52,218 bases of DNA from a virus. Its lineage: Duplodnaviria > Caudoviricetes. Under the pieces are notes generated by a model. That model did no database searches and was not told the DNA's origin. It was given only the letters and a program-made list of their open reading frames with translations. Made by a program: the position numbers and the translations under genes. Location of the stretch: positions 1 through 52,218 of the IMG/VR virus record IMGVR_UViG_3300033142_001318; one strand, 5' to 3'. Below, in pieces: positions 1-8,919 of this stretch. How positions within the stretch are numbered: position 1 is the first letter of the stretch; each line of letters begins with the position of its first letter.

Positions 1-1
1 A

Positions 2-157
2 ACTGTGTGGGATTCTAAAACTAAGAAGAAGAAAAAGAAGGAAGCAGAAGACGAGGAAGAAACCACAAAGAGGGAACTTGATAAGTGGTCTATCGATGCC
101 CGGAACAAGATTCTTGGTGAACTGGAACAGATTTATGTTACAGGAAATATGAAATGA
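2..157 (+). CDS. 3' end of an upstream gene (possibly the portal protein, by position)
   Basis: Open frame TVWDSKTKKKKKKEAEDEEE...IYVTGNMK*, whose TGA overlaps the ATG at 154; identity inferred only from gene order. Confidence 0.45.
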   Translation, partial: TVWDSKTKKKKKKEAEDEEETTKRELDKWSIDARNKILGELEQIYVTGNMK

Positions 158-728
158 TTGAAATAAATTTGCACAAACTTGGATCTGAAATTGGTACGCA
201 TAAAGGACCAGTACAGGTTACCCGTGGTGGTAAAACGTTTACACAGATGAGACGGTTAGGAACGAAGAAAAAAGATATATATCCAGTGAGACAACCAGAA
301 AAAGATATAACACAGGTTGTGGCAGGTAAAACTTATACTGGAAAATTATATCACTCCACATCATTAAAAAATGCTGAAAAGATATCGAAAGAAGGATTCA
401 AGACAAAAGGGAAATTAACAGATAGGTATACCCCCGAACAAAGACAAGGTGCACAGACGTGGTCCAAGTACGGATTTATCTATTTTAATAATGATATGGA
501 AGATACAAGTAGATATGGTGATGCTACTTTTGGGCTATTGATAAACACGGATTTAGTAGTCCCGAAGTTGAAAAACTATATGCGGAACGAGAAGGAAAGC
601 ATGATGAAACAATGACGAATCTCGTTGTTAAAGAATTCAATAAGAAATATGATGGTATGATTGGACTGCCTGGTGATATTGTAATAACTAATCCAAATAT
701 AATAAAAAATATTAAAAGGATTAAATAA
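154..728 (+). pseudogene. Tagged ADP-ribosyltransferase-like protein, split by a -1 frameshift near 522-535
   Basis: N-terminal IEINLHKL and GTHKGPVQVTRGGKTF modules; ART-like LYHSTS..GF..IYF..A/TxxYG motifs in 154-615; the -1 frame (open 522-728) supplies KKYDGMIGLPGDIVITNPNIIK*, a typical ART C-terminal strand. Confidence 0.6.
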
Positions 729-732
729 AAAT

Positions 733-1308
733 ATGACCATAGAAATAAATCTCCACAAGCTCGAACGTGGCACACACGAAGGTGTGGTCACCGTCCGTCG
801 TGGTGGTAAAGTGTTCCAACGTAAACAACGTGTAGGTAAGAAAGAACCTGATGTGAAACCGGTACCATCAACGGAACTCACGATGGATTGTCTAGAGGAT
901 ATAAAATCTAAAGATGTGAAAGCGATAGATTTCGTGGTAGACCATGGGTGGAACGCAGAAAAATCACGATTATTTAGTAATTTTGTATCAAATGATAGTT
1001 TTGTATTTATGGAAAATGATAAAATCTCTGGTATAAGTGATCTCAGGATGAGATATGACAAAACGCTAATGTTATCACTTCTTGAAATTAATCCGGATAC
1101 ACAACGTCAAGGGAAAGGCGTGTCAGCGATGCGACAAATCGTTAGATATGCAATGGAGAATGACGCTAAAGAGATATCATTACAATCAATGGACGCAGAT
1201 TCCGATAAATTCTATGAAGCTATCGGGATGGAAAATAAAGGAAAAATCTTTATGACAAGTTTTGTCGGGAGTAAAGAATGGATGAAAGAGTTTATAAAGG
1301 CAAAATAG
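733..1308 (+). CDS. Tagged GNAT-family acetyltransferase
   Basis: N-terminal shared tag; acetyl-CoA motif A QRQGKG; motif B SDKFYEAIGM. Confidence 0.8.
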   Translation: MTIEINLHKLERGTHEGVVTVRRGGKVFQRKQRVGKKEPDVKPVPSTELTMDCLEDIKSKDVKAIDFVVDHGWNAEKSRLFSNFVSNDSFVFMENDKISGISDLRMRYDKTLMLSLLEINPDTQRQGKGVSAMRQIVRYAMENDAKEISLQSMDADSDKFYEAIGMENKGKIFMTSFVGSKEWMKEFIKAK

Positions 1309-1917
1309 ATCTTAAGGACACCCGAAATATGATTGAAATAGACATCAATAAATTAGAAGTCGGTACACATAAGGGGCCGGTGAAGGTTACCCGTGGTGGT
1401 AAAACGTTTATCCAACAACGACGTTTAGGTCAAAAGGAGAAAGTAAAAGAGAGTTCCGGTATCGAAATGAAAGCCTTGAAGGAAGCAAACGTTAAAGGTA
1501 TGGAACCCATGAATTTTATAAAATCTTTAGGATGGGATTATAAACATTCGTATTTCTTTGCTGGTAGTGTCCCGGATTATGTAAATATATGTACAGATAA
1601 TGATAAAATCGTTGGTATTACTAGTTATAATGTAGATGACGATAATAATTTTCACATTAATATTATTGAAGTAAATGGTTATAATCGCCGGCAGGGGGTC
1701 GGTGTAAAAATTATGGGTGAGTTGATCAAAGAAGCGATGAAAGCCGGTGCGGAGACTGTAAAATTGGAATCACTGGATGAAGACAGTGATAAGTTCTATG
1801 ACGCGATCGGGATGACAAAGTTAGTAATACCAAAAGCAACACAATCAGACATGAGTAGATATGAAGGTGATAAAGAATGGATGAAAGCGTTTATAAAGGC
1901 AAAATAGATCTTAAGGA
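1272..1917 (+). repeat. 47-bp direct repeat (1272-1318 and 1871-1917) spanning the ends of both GNAT genes
   Basis: taaagaatggatgaaag(a/c)gtttataaaggcaaaatagatcttaagga, one mismatch. Confidence 0.9.
1329..1907 (+). CDS. Tagged GNAT-family acetyltransferase (paralogue of 733-1308)
   Basis: Start reassigned to ATG 1329 (MIEIDINKL); RRQGVG motif A; SDKFYDAIGM; same C-terminus KEWMKxFIKAK. Confidence 0.8.
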   Translation: MIEIDINKLEVGTHKGPVKVTRGGKTFIQQRRLGQKEKVKESSGIEMKALKEANVKGMEPMNFIKSLGWDYKHSYFFAGSVPDYVNICTDNDKIVGITSYNVDDDNNFHINIIEVNGYNRRQGVGVKIMGELIKEAMKAGAETVKLESLDEDSDKFYDAIGMTKLVIPKATQSDMSRYEGDKEWMKAFIKAK

Positions 1918-1967
1918 AGCGAGGAAGTACGATCCACTTGTAGGATCAGAAAAAGAGGATGTAACTA

Positions 1968-2402
1968 ATGGTAGTAGAGAAACGAGGTAATAAGTGGTGT
2001 ACAATTTCGTGTCATCATGACCCTGGGGCTATTATTGCTTGTTTTCCTACGAAAGAAGCTGCAATGGCACAACATCGTGCTATCGAAGCGAGTAAACACG
2101 CTACAAAACTTGAAATAGACGTAGATGAACTTACAAAGTCGTCTAAACATTACGAATCTATCTCAGTAACCCGGGGTGGACGACAATTTAACCGGAGACA
2201 ACTCGTAGGATCCGACCTAAAACCACAGTGGAACAAAAAGATCAATCAAACCTGCACAGATATGGACACACAAGCGAAAAAGGGGATGTATTCCGTAACG
2301 TTAGCATCCGGACTTCGTCAGATGGCTAAACAGGCAGGACGACTATTAGAAATCGAGAAATTTCTATATGATGTGAAGAAACAGGCAGAATCTAATAAGT
2401 GA
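1968..2402 (+). CDS. Head-associated hypothetical protein with internal tag
   Basis: N-terminal KRGNKWC..CFPTKEAAMAQHRAIE module, then LEIDVDELTKS and SVTRGGRQFNRRQLVG. Confidence 0.65.
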   Translation: MVVEKRGNKWCTISCHHDPGAIIACFPTKEAAMAQHRAIEASKHATKLEIDVDELTKSSKHYESISVTRGGRQFNRRQLVGSDLKPQWNKKINQTCTDMDTQAKKGMYSVTLASGLRQMAKQAGRLLEIEKFLYDVKKQAESNK

Positions 2403-2454
2403 TTAAATGTTAAAGATGATAATTAATTATAATAATATAAATGGAGGGAAATAA

Positions 2455-2808
2455 ATGGCATTTGAAACTATTGATAACAGACAGTGGCGTATGCAGGTCG
2501 CCCAAAGAAAGGTTGAGGTCACGATCGTGACCGGGAAGACCGGATCGACTGATGTAGCGGTTAATGGGGAATTACTTAATTACGTAATCGTAGCACCTGA
2601 TCTTGCAACCGATGCAGATTTTACATTATCCTTCGTTAATGAAGATAGCGAAACGACATATTCCAAGAGTAGTATCAGTGATAACACAACTACGGCAGTA
2701 TTAGTATCAGCAACACCGGTACCGATGTCCGGTACGATTACAGTTACGTGTTCATGTACGACGGACCAGACGGATAAATCATTTACAATATATCTTTATT
2801 ATAAATAA
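2455..2808 (+). CDS. Small beta-rich putative virion protein
   Basis: GGAGG RBS; T/S/V-rich composition with alternating beta-strand pattern. Confidence 0.55.
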   Translation: MAFETIDNRQWRMQVAQRKVEVTIVTGKTGSTDVAVNGELLNYVIVAPDLATDADFTLSFVNEDSETTYSKSSISDNTTTAVLVSATPVPMSGTITVTCSCTTDQTDKSFTIYLYYK

Positions 2809-2823
2809 ATGTGGTGTTATTGA

Positions 2824-3186
2824 ATGTCCGAATGGAATCAGAAGGAATTATTAGGTAGTCCACGGTATAGCGCGAAGTCTACCGACCCGATTACGGGTAC
2901 GACTGTTAACACTTCTACTGCGGTGGTCGATTTGGATACCCGGGCATTTAACGACAGTGTACACATAATTGCTAACACCGGATCCAATACACTAAATTAT
3001 AGTGTGGAAGTCCGGAGTGATTATGCTAATGGGGATAATTTTGTTCTGTATTCTAACGCTGTTGTAGCAGGTGATGAGGACGAACTTATATTAGTACATC
3101 ATGCAAGAGTTTTTATATTTATACAGTCCGATTTAACAGATCACCACACGACATTCTCTATAACTTCAATCGGGAGTACAACATAA
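2824..3186 (+). CDS. Small beta-rich putative virion protein
   Basis: Operon-coupled ORF, beta-sandwich-like composition. Confidence 0.55.
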   Translation: MSEWNQKELLGSPRYSAKSTDPITGTTVNTSTAVVDLDTRAFNDSVHIIANTGSNTLNYSVEVRSDYANGDNFVLYSNAVVAGDEDELILVHHARVFIFIQSDLTDHHTTFSITSIGSTT

Positions 3187-3590
3187 TGGTAAAAATAAAA
3201 ATAGAATTAGATTTAGAGGATCTTATAAATGTGAATCAGGCATCTGATATTACACGATCACATCTTCCAACCGTTCCGGCTGATTATGACACACAACACG
3301 GTCTTAATAATCAAAAGATTTGGTATAAGACGTACGAAAAGGGTATGCGATGGGTTACGATGGAAGGTAGAGGTGAAACACCCTTAGATTGTACAGACAT
3401 AATTATACGGATGTCACCCGGGAATACGGATGTATTGGAAGACGAGATGACGTGTCAACACCCCGAATATGGCGAAGTTTCTTACGAAGATTACCCGGAA
3501 AATATGTACATTCAAACCGAGAGACTCCGACAATTAGAGGACGTGGGTTATGTGGAAGGTGGGGATAATCTCGTACCGATGGTGGTTTGA
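3186..3590 (+). CDS. Hypothetical protein with N-terminal IELDLEDL tag
   Basis: Start overlaps the previous stop; tag-like motif at residues 6-13. Confidence 0.6.
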   Translation: MVKIKIELDLEDLINVNQASDITRSHLPTVPADYDTQHGLNNQKIWYKTYEKGMRWVTMEGRGETPLDCTDIIIRMSPGNTDVLEDEMTCQHPEYGEVSYEDYPENMYIQTERLRQLEDVGYVEGGDNLVPMVV

Positions 3591-3968
3591 ATGGACCCCG
3601 GAATGATGGCATATCCGCCTAATATAGAGATAAAGAGATTTATAGTTACGACGTCTGCTGAGACGGATAGTCTAACACCCAAAGCAGGTAAAAGAATCCA
3701 CGTAATAGGACACACGACGTCTCAAGTCGTAGGGAGTAAAGTTACGGCTACGGTAAAAGCGACTTTAGCGTTTGGTAGAGATGGTGCCGATGTACCAGAT
3801 AAAATATTAGATAGTAATAATCAAATTCATATTAGTAGTCATACGAGTTCTCATGTAGATGATGTAAATATATTAGGTGATGTGGACGAGATTATACAAT
3901 TAAAAAATACTACATTCAGTTCCGGAAGTGTTACCACCCGAGCAACAATTTATTATCTTGAAGAATAA
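3591..3968 (+). CDS. Small beta-rich putative virion protein
   Basis: Abuts the previous gene; beta-strand-rich. Confidence 0.55.
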   Translation: MDPGMMAYPPNIEIKRFIVTTSAETDSLTPKAGKRIHVIGHTTSQVVGSKVTATVKATLAFGRDGADVPDKILDSNNQIHISSHTSSHVDDVNILGDVDEIIQLKNTTFSSGSVTTRATIYYLEE

Positions 3969-3990
3969 TTATAATTATAAGGAGTTATAA

Positions 3991-4329
3991 ATGGGAAAAA
4001 GGTTTGTCGAGCTTTCAGGTCGAGGTAGTGGTATACCCGATTACGCCCCCGAGACGATAGGTTCCGGGCGTCAGGTTATACCTACTGCCGGAACTGCGGT
4101 ACAACTTGCGAGCACATTGACGATAGGTGGAATAATCATTGTGGCAGAGTTTACTAACACCGGCATTGTCTGTGTGGGAGATCTCAATGTTGTTGCGGCG
4201 GAACTTACACGGCAGGGTGTTCCACTGAATGCCGGTGATGGCGTGATAATATGTATCGACAATATTTCCAAAATATGGATAGATTCTACATCTGATGGTG
4301 ATGGTGTGACTTATACGATGGTGGGTTAG
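3991..4329 (+). CDS. Small beta-sandwich putative virion protein
   Basis: AGGAG RBS; pattern A..TN.G.VCVGD...GVPLNAGD.....IDNISKIWID. Confidence 0.6.
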   Translation: MGKRFVELSGRGSGIPDYAPETIGSGRQVIPTAGTAVQLASTLTIGGIIIVAEFTNTGIVCVGDLNVVAAELTRQGVPLNAGDGVIICIDNISKIWIDSTSDGDGVTYTMVG

Positions 4330-4332
4330 ATT

Positions 4333-5982
4333 ATGGATCTAGATTACATAAAAGCACCGGATGCACCACCCGAATATGTGGCTGAGGTGAGTCCGAGTTT
4401 CCATTATAATTCGTTTAAACGGCAATTCCCGACCATACAGGAAGCCATAGACTTCATGCATGGAAAATACGGTGCACATACAGGTGTTATTATAAATGTA
4501 CACAGTGGTTATTATACAGAACAAATCCACAGTTACCCGGGGTATTTTATAAGGGGGATTGCACGACACGCCCCAACCAACGAATTACGTCCGGTAACAC
4601 TTTATAATACCGGTCTTGACCCGGCGCATTATCCGATGCGGGCAGAAGCTAATGATTTTTATCTTATGCAGAATATAAATATTATAACCGATGCAGGTGG
4701 TACATTTGGTAAACTCGGACAAGATAGGTACGACGGGGTCTATTTCGGTGGTGGATCATTTACAGAATCAACTTTTGACACGGTTGTATATAATACGTGG
4801 ATGGATTGTTCATTCGTAAACTCTAAAGCTTTTAATCTTACAGGTACGAACGTAGCTAATGCCCGTTATTTAGTGTTACTCAATTGTTGGTTCGGGTGGT
4901 GGCAAAACCCGGTACTCACATCGACACACACCGGTGGTTATGCAGTTTTTGATATGGACGGCGGGCACCTTGCGTTTACTAATTTGACGTTAGGTGGCGA
5001 TTGGTACCATTTTGCCAAAAATTATCATAGTTTCGGTGCTTATAGGCACGTATATGATACTACAGCCGGGATTGCATACAGAGGTGTGACGGTATCAAAC
5101 GGAATTCATTTCGTGTCTGACCCGGGAGTATTCCAGATGGCGAACTGTGATATGTTGGACTCCGCCGAAATGCCTTTACCTGCGGATCAGTGTGATATTA
5201 CGGCTGATGTCCCAATTACAGATGCCATATTGGTAGGAAATCAAATGTTTAATGGTATCTGTGGCGAGATCCAGATAACAGATCATGTGAAGAACGTTGG
5301 TGGAGACGCTTCAAATAAATATTTTGATCTTGTGGAAGCTGTTAAATCTGTAACAGGTGAAGATATCATAATGTTAGGTGAAGACCAGATAGATGTACCG
5401 AAACTCACAATGCCGGCATCAGGGACGGTTCAGATCAGGGGACGTTCACTGTACGGAATTACATTCACAGGTGATATTGCAGATTTGACAGCGAATGATA
5501 TATTAATATTTGATGCGTGTGGAGCGATTACGGGAGGAACCGTAAACGTGAACGGGAATAATGCTGAACTTCACATGCATGGGTGTATATGTTCAGAAAA
5601 TGCATTCGAGATTCTTGTGACTTCCGGTACGGATGCTATTGTACATATACGTGATTCTTCACTTACAGGGAGTGCGGGAAAATCTGCTCTTCAGATTAAT
5701 AGTATAGATCCATCGTATAAGGTTTCGTTCTCACGTCTTACAGGTGCAACTGGAGAGCCAGCTGTGGAATTTACCGTGGAAGCAGACGACAAGTTTAAAG
5801 CGAAATTTTCAACGTTATTACATGGGGATGGTGGGGCGAATTATCCGGTTATTTATACTGGTGCAGGAAAAATTTCAATCGCCGTATATAATTCGGGACT
5901 TAATTCTCCGTGGAATGCAGCTGAATTTGCAAATAGTATCGGAGGGGCTAATAATGCCACAGATATAGCTATCGATTTCTAA
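4333..5982 (+). CDS. Parallel beta-helix (pectin-lyase-like) spike/adhesin
   Basis: FPTIQEAID..IINVHSGYYTEQI cap motif and a second YFDLVEAVKS..DIIML cap, suggesting two beta-helix units. Confidence 0.6.
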   Translation: MDLDYIKAPDAPPEYVAEVSPSFHYNSFKRQFPTIQEAIDFMHGKYGAHTGVIINVHSGYYTEQIHSYPGYFIRGIARHAPTNELRPVTLYNTGLDPAHYPMRAEANDFYLMQNINIITDAGGTFGKLGQDRYDGVYFGGGSFTESTFDTVVYNTWMDCSFVNSKAFNLTGTNVANARYLVLLNCWFGWWQNPVLTSTHTGGYAVFDMDGGHLAFTNLTLGGDWYHFAKNYHSFGAYRHVYDTTAGIAYRGVTVSNGIHFVSDPGVFQMANCDMLDSAEMPLPADQCDITADVPITDAILVGNQMFNGICGEIQITDHVKNVGGDASNKYFDLVEAVKSVTGEDIIMLGEDQIDVPKLTMPASGTVQIRGRSLYGITFTGDIADLTANDILIFDACGAITGGTVNVNGNNAELHMHGCICSENAFEILVTSGTDAIVHIRDSSLTGSAGKSALQINSIDPSYKVSFSRLTGATGEPAVEFTVEADDKFKAKFSTLLHGDGGANYPVIYTGAGKISIAVYNSGLNSPWNAAEFANSIGGANNATDIAIDF

Positions 5983-5999
5983 TAAAATAGAAGGTAATA

Positions 6000-6161
6000 A
6001 TGATAAATATAAATGAAATAAGGATTAGATCACTTGTGGGTATCGTAAGTATGTCCATAGTAATGATTATATTGAATATCCAACAAGTAGAGGTCTTACT
6101 CGGATACATGGGCGCGTGTACAGCAGCAATCTTACTGGATAAACCAGATACAGACGTTTAA
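6000..6161 (+). CDS. 53-aa protein with two hydrophobic segments (holin-like candidate)
   Basis: Not in the ORF track; GAAGGT RBS; MININEIRIRSLVGIVSMSIVMIILNIQQVEVLLGYMGACTAAILLDKPDTDV. Confidence 0.5.
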   Translation: MININEIRIRSLVGIVSMSIVMIILNIQQVEVLLGYMGACTAAILLDKPDTDV

Positions 6162-6298
6162 GGTGTTAAATTGTTATCACAAGCACTCATAATAATGGAA
6201 TCAATAATACTGACCACAAGTACAAAAGATCCACGACGTACAGAATTGATTACAATTAGAGATATTATAATAAATTATATGGAGAGTGAGGATATAGA

Positions 6299-6703
6299 AT
6301 GAAAGATTTTAGTAATTATATATTAATAGTAGATGACAGTGTGGCGTATATGCGTCTATTATTAGAATCTATGGTCGATAATGGCAATGGGAAACTCTCC
6401 GGGCATATTCTTTTTGCAGAGGATGCCGACAAAGGTTTTGAATTGTACGTATTATATCGTCCTATGATTGTTCTTATGGATGTTCGAATGCCCGGGAAAT
6501 CCGGGATCGATGCAGCTAAGATGATTGTGGATTATGATAAATCTGCAAATATAATGCTGGTTACGAATTATAGTAATGATCCTGGAATTAGTAAGGCTAT
6601 ATCAGACAAATTAGTTAATGGAAAGATTGATAAAGGAGTTGGGGTTGGTATTATCGCCGCTATGGTAACAATAATACTTAAAACTGCTGGTAAATTGTTA
6701 TGA
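6299..6703 (+). CDS. Response regulator receiver (CheY-like) with C-terminal hydrophobic helix
   Basis: ILIVDDS, phosphoacceptor LMDVRMPG, conserved T (LVTN) and K (IDKG); tail VGVGIIAAMVTIILK. Confidence 0.9.
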   Translation: MKDFSNYILIVDDSVAYMRLLLESMVDNGNGKLSGHILFAEDADKGFELYVLYRPMIVLMDVRMPGKSGIDAAKMIVDYDKSANIMLVTNYSNDPGISKAISDKLVNGKIDKGVGVGIIAAMVTIILKTAGKLL

Positions 6704-6817
6704 TGGGTAATGTTAGAAAGGGATTGGATGATATCTATGGCTATGGAGTACTTTTAGATATTTCCAAATTTATGGAAGAACAATATAAAAATAGATATAA
6801 GATTAGGGATGATATAA

Positions 6818-7555
6818 GTGGACGGTATATTAAATAAAGAATTCGTAACAAATTTACAGGTATTCCAGAACCGATTTTCAGATTTCTTCGGTGTTGCATC
6901 GGCGATCTTTGATGACACGGGAAAAATGATTACAGAACCTTCCGGATTTACAGATTTTTGTAAAACGATACGTGCTACGAAGGACGGGGGTAGGGCGTGC
7001 CGGGATTCCAAGAAAGGACTTTTCGATATAGTAGCAAACGGTGAACCTGCAACATACCACTGTGCGATCTTTTCACAATTGGCAGATTCGATTGTTCCGG
7101 TCATGTGGAATGGTAAAGTTATTGCTGCATGGGCGATAGGACAGAAACGTGTTGAGGATATTCCAAGATCAGAAATCAATAAGACGGCAGAAAGGATCGG
7201 TGCGAAACCGGATGACTTGTGGGCTGGTTACGAAAAACTACCACTTACCACGATGGATGAGTTTGAGAAGGCTGTGTTTTTCCTTCATACCACGATTTCA
7301 ACGATCATGAAGATGCGGGAACAAGATATTGAATTAAAAGAAACCTTGGATAAATTTACAACTATAAATGGTATTGTGGCACATGATATGCGTGAATCAT
7401 TATCAACTATATTAGGATTTATAAAATTACTCGATAATAGATATGGTGCTACCGAAAATGATGAATTCAGGGATTTCGTGTCCTATATCGTTACCTACGG
7501 TGAAAAACTTAAAAATACGGCAAGCTTACTAATCGATGCCTGTGAAAAGAGGTGA
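6818..7555 (+). CDS. PocR sensor domain plus HisKA/DHp domain, no HATPase domain
   Basis: PocR pattern LQ.FQ..FS..FG.A..I.D..G..IT..S.FT.FC..IR...G...C..S...YHC...L.D...P.....IGQ; H-box AHDMRESLSTILGF; ends shortly after the DHp helices. Confidence 0.85.
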   Translation: MDGILNKEFVTNLQVFQNRFSDFFGVASAIFDDTGKMITEPSGFTDFCKTIRATKDGGRACRDSKKGLFDIVANGEPATYHCAIFSQLADSIVPVMWNGKVIAAWAIGQKRVEDIPRSEINKTAERIGAKPDDLWAGYEKLPLTTMDEFEKAVFFLHTTISTIMKMREQDIELKETLDKFTTINGIVAHDMRESLSTILGFIKLLDNRYGATENDEFRDFVSYIVTYGEKLKNTASLLIDACEKR

Positions 7556-7559
7556 TTAC

Positions 7560-7763
7560 ATGATTGAAATAGACACTGATGAACTGAATAAATTTCGATT
7601 ACCGGGTTCAAAAGATAAAAAGAAACGGAAAAAGAAAGCTAAATCCAAATCTGTGAAGGAGGTTATAAGTGATGCGTATGAGGAGAAGGAAGATGAGAAG
7701 AAATTCCCATGGGAATCCACGTTACCAAAACATGGTGTTCAAAGTATATATACTGTAAAGTAA
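7560..7763 (+). CDS. Small basic tagged protein
   Basis: GAGGTGA RBS before ATG 7560; MIEIDTDELNK followed by RLPGSKDKKKRKKK. Confidence 0.65.
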   Translation: MIEIDTDELNKFRLPGSKDKKKRKKKAKSKSVKEVISDAYEEKEDEKKFPWESTLPKHGVQSIYTVK

Positions 7764-7769
7764 TTATCG

Positions 7770-8561
7770 GTGAATTTAATGGATGATATATTAGAAAAAG
7801 GTGCTGTGATAGACTTTATAGCGAAATTATTAAAGTCTATAGACATACCGGGTTTCCGGGTACTACTTACGAGTAGGGTCATAAACGCCTTCACGTCGTC
7901 ACACGAGGACACCAACGAAGAATACAACCTCGGTAGGACAAAAGCAGATCCCTTAGCACTTGATTATCTCCGTGAGCGTGAATTAATTCTTTCAGATAAA
8001 ACTAAATCGAAATTGGATGGTGATCTTAAGTTTGAGATTCTGGAGGCAATGAAGGCTAATGAATCGATCTCAGAGATTACAAACCGTTTAGATGGGATAT
8101 TTACAGATATGTTACCGTGGCAACTCGAGAGAATCGCCCGGTCGGAGGTTGTAAATGCCCAGAACGCCGGTCGTCAATCGGCATACGAAAAATCCAGTGT
8201 GGTTAAATATAAAATGGTAGTCGGTGCAAAGGATAAACGACTATGCGCATTATGCCGACGAATGCAAGGTCAAATTCAACCTGTAGATAAACCATTCCGA
8301 GACCCGGAAAATCCGACTAAGACGTGGATGTATCCTATATTCCATGCGAATGGACGGTGTTCAACAGTACCTCTGATACGACTTCCGGACAATGTGATTA
8401 CTGTGGGTGGACAGATGTATGCTGGAGATAAGAAACTCGGGAAGATCGAAATTAATATTGAAAAATTATTAAAGTCCGAAGATCCACAGACACATGAAGT
8501 TTGGGTCAAGCAAACAGCGAAACGAAAAGGGCATTGGCGAACTATTAAAAATAAAATATAA
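7770..8561 (+). CDS. Head morphogenesis protein (MuF / SPP1 gp7 family)
   Basis: RIARSEVVNAQNAG, CALC and PIFHANGRCS motifs; C-terminal IEINIEKLLKSE tag. Confidence 0.85.
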   Translation: MNLMDDILEKGAVIDFIAKLLKSIDIPGFRVLLTSRVINAFTSSHEDTNEEYNLGRTKADPLALDYLRERELILSDKTKSKLDGDLKFEILEAMKANESISEITNRLDGIFTDMLPWQLERIARSEVVNAQNAGRQSAYEKSSVVKYKMVVGAKDKRLCALCRRMQGQIQPVDKPFRDPENPTKTWMYPIFHANGRCSTVPLIRLPDNVITVGGQMYAGDKKLGKIEINIEKLLKSEDPQTHEVWVKQTAKRKGHWRTIKNKI

Positions 8562-8573
8562 AGGTGATTAAAT

Positions 8574-8732
8574 ATGACAGAAAAAGGTGAACCGAAACGA
8601 GATGGTTCCGGTGGTGGAACGCGCGCTAACTATAACCGTGGTGGGTGTCAGGATGGCGAGACGTGTGATGTCCTGGGAAATGTAATAAGAGAGCAATATC
8701 CGAGACGAGGTAATAGGAATAATGGCAGGTGA
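8574..8732 (+). CDS. 52-aa Gly/Arg-rich protein
   Basis: AGGTGA RBS; PKRDGSGGGTRANYNRGGC; not in the ORF track. Confidence 0.45.
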   Translation: MTEKGEPKRDGSGGGTRANYNRGGCQDGETCDVLGNVIREQYPRRGNRNNGR

Positions 8733-8919
8733 AGGTAGGAAAGAACCGGAAAGTATTGAAACGTTTTCGGTTGATGATTATAAAGATAAATTGATCTCGG
8801 AAGGATATTCGGATTCTACGGCATTGATGCTTGCAGAGAAAAAACGAGATAAATTATCGGAACAAGCAATGAAAATGGAAAAATCAGAATTGATAGAAAT
8901 TGATTTATCAAAACTTTAA
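8722..8919 (+). CDS. Small protein ending in the tag (MEKSELIEIDLSKL)
   Basis: GAGGT RBS; C-terminus matches that of the prohead protease. Confidence 0.65.
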   Translation: MAGEGRKEPESIETFSVDDYKDKLISEGYSDSTALMLAEKKRDKLSEQAMKMEKSELIEIDLSKL

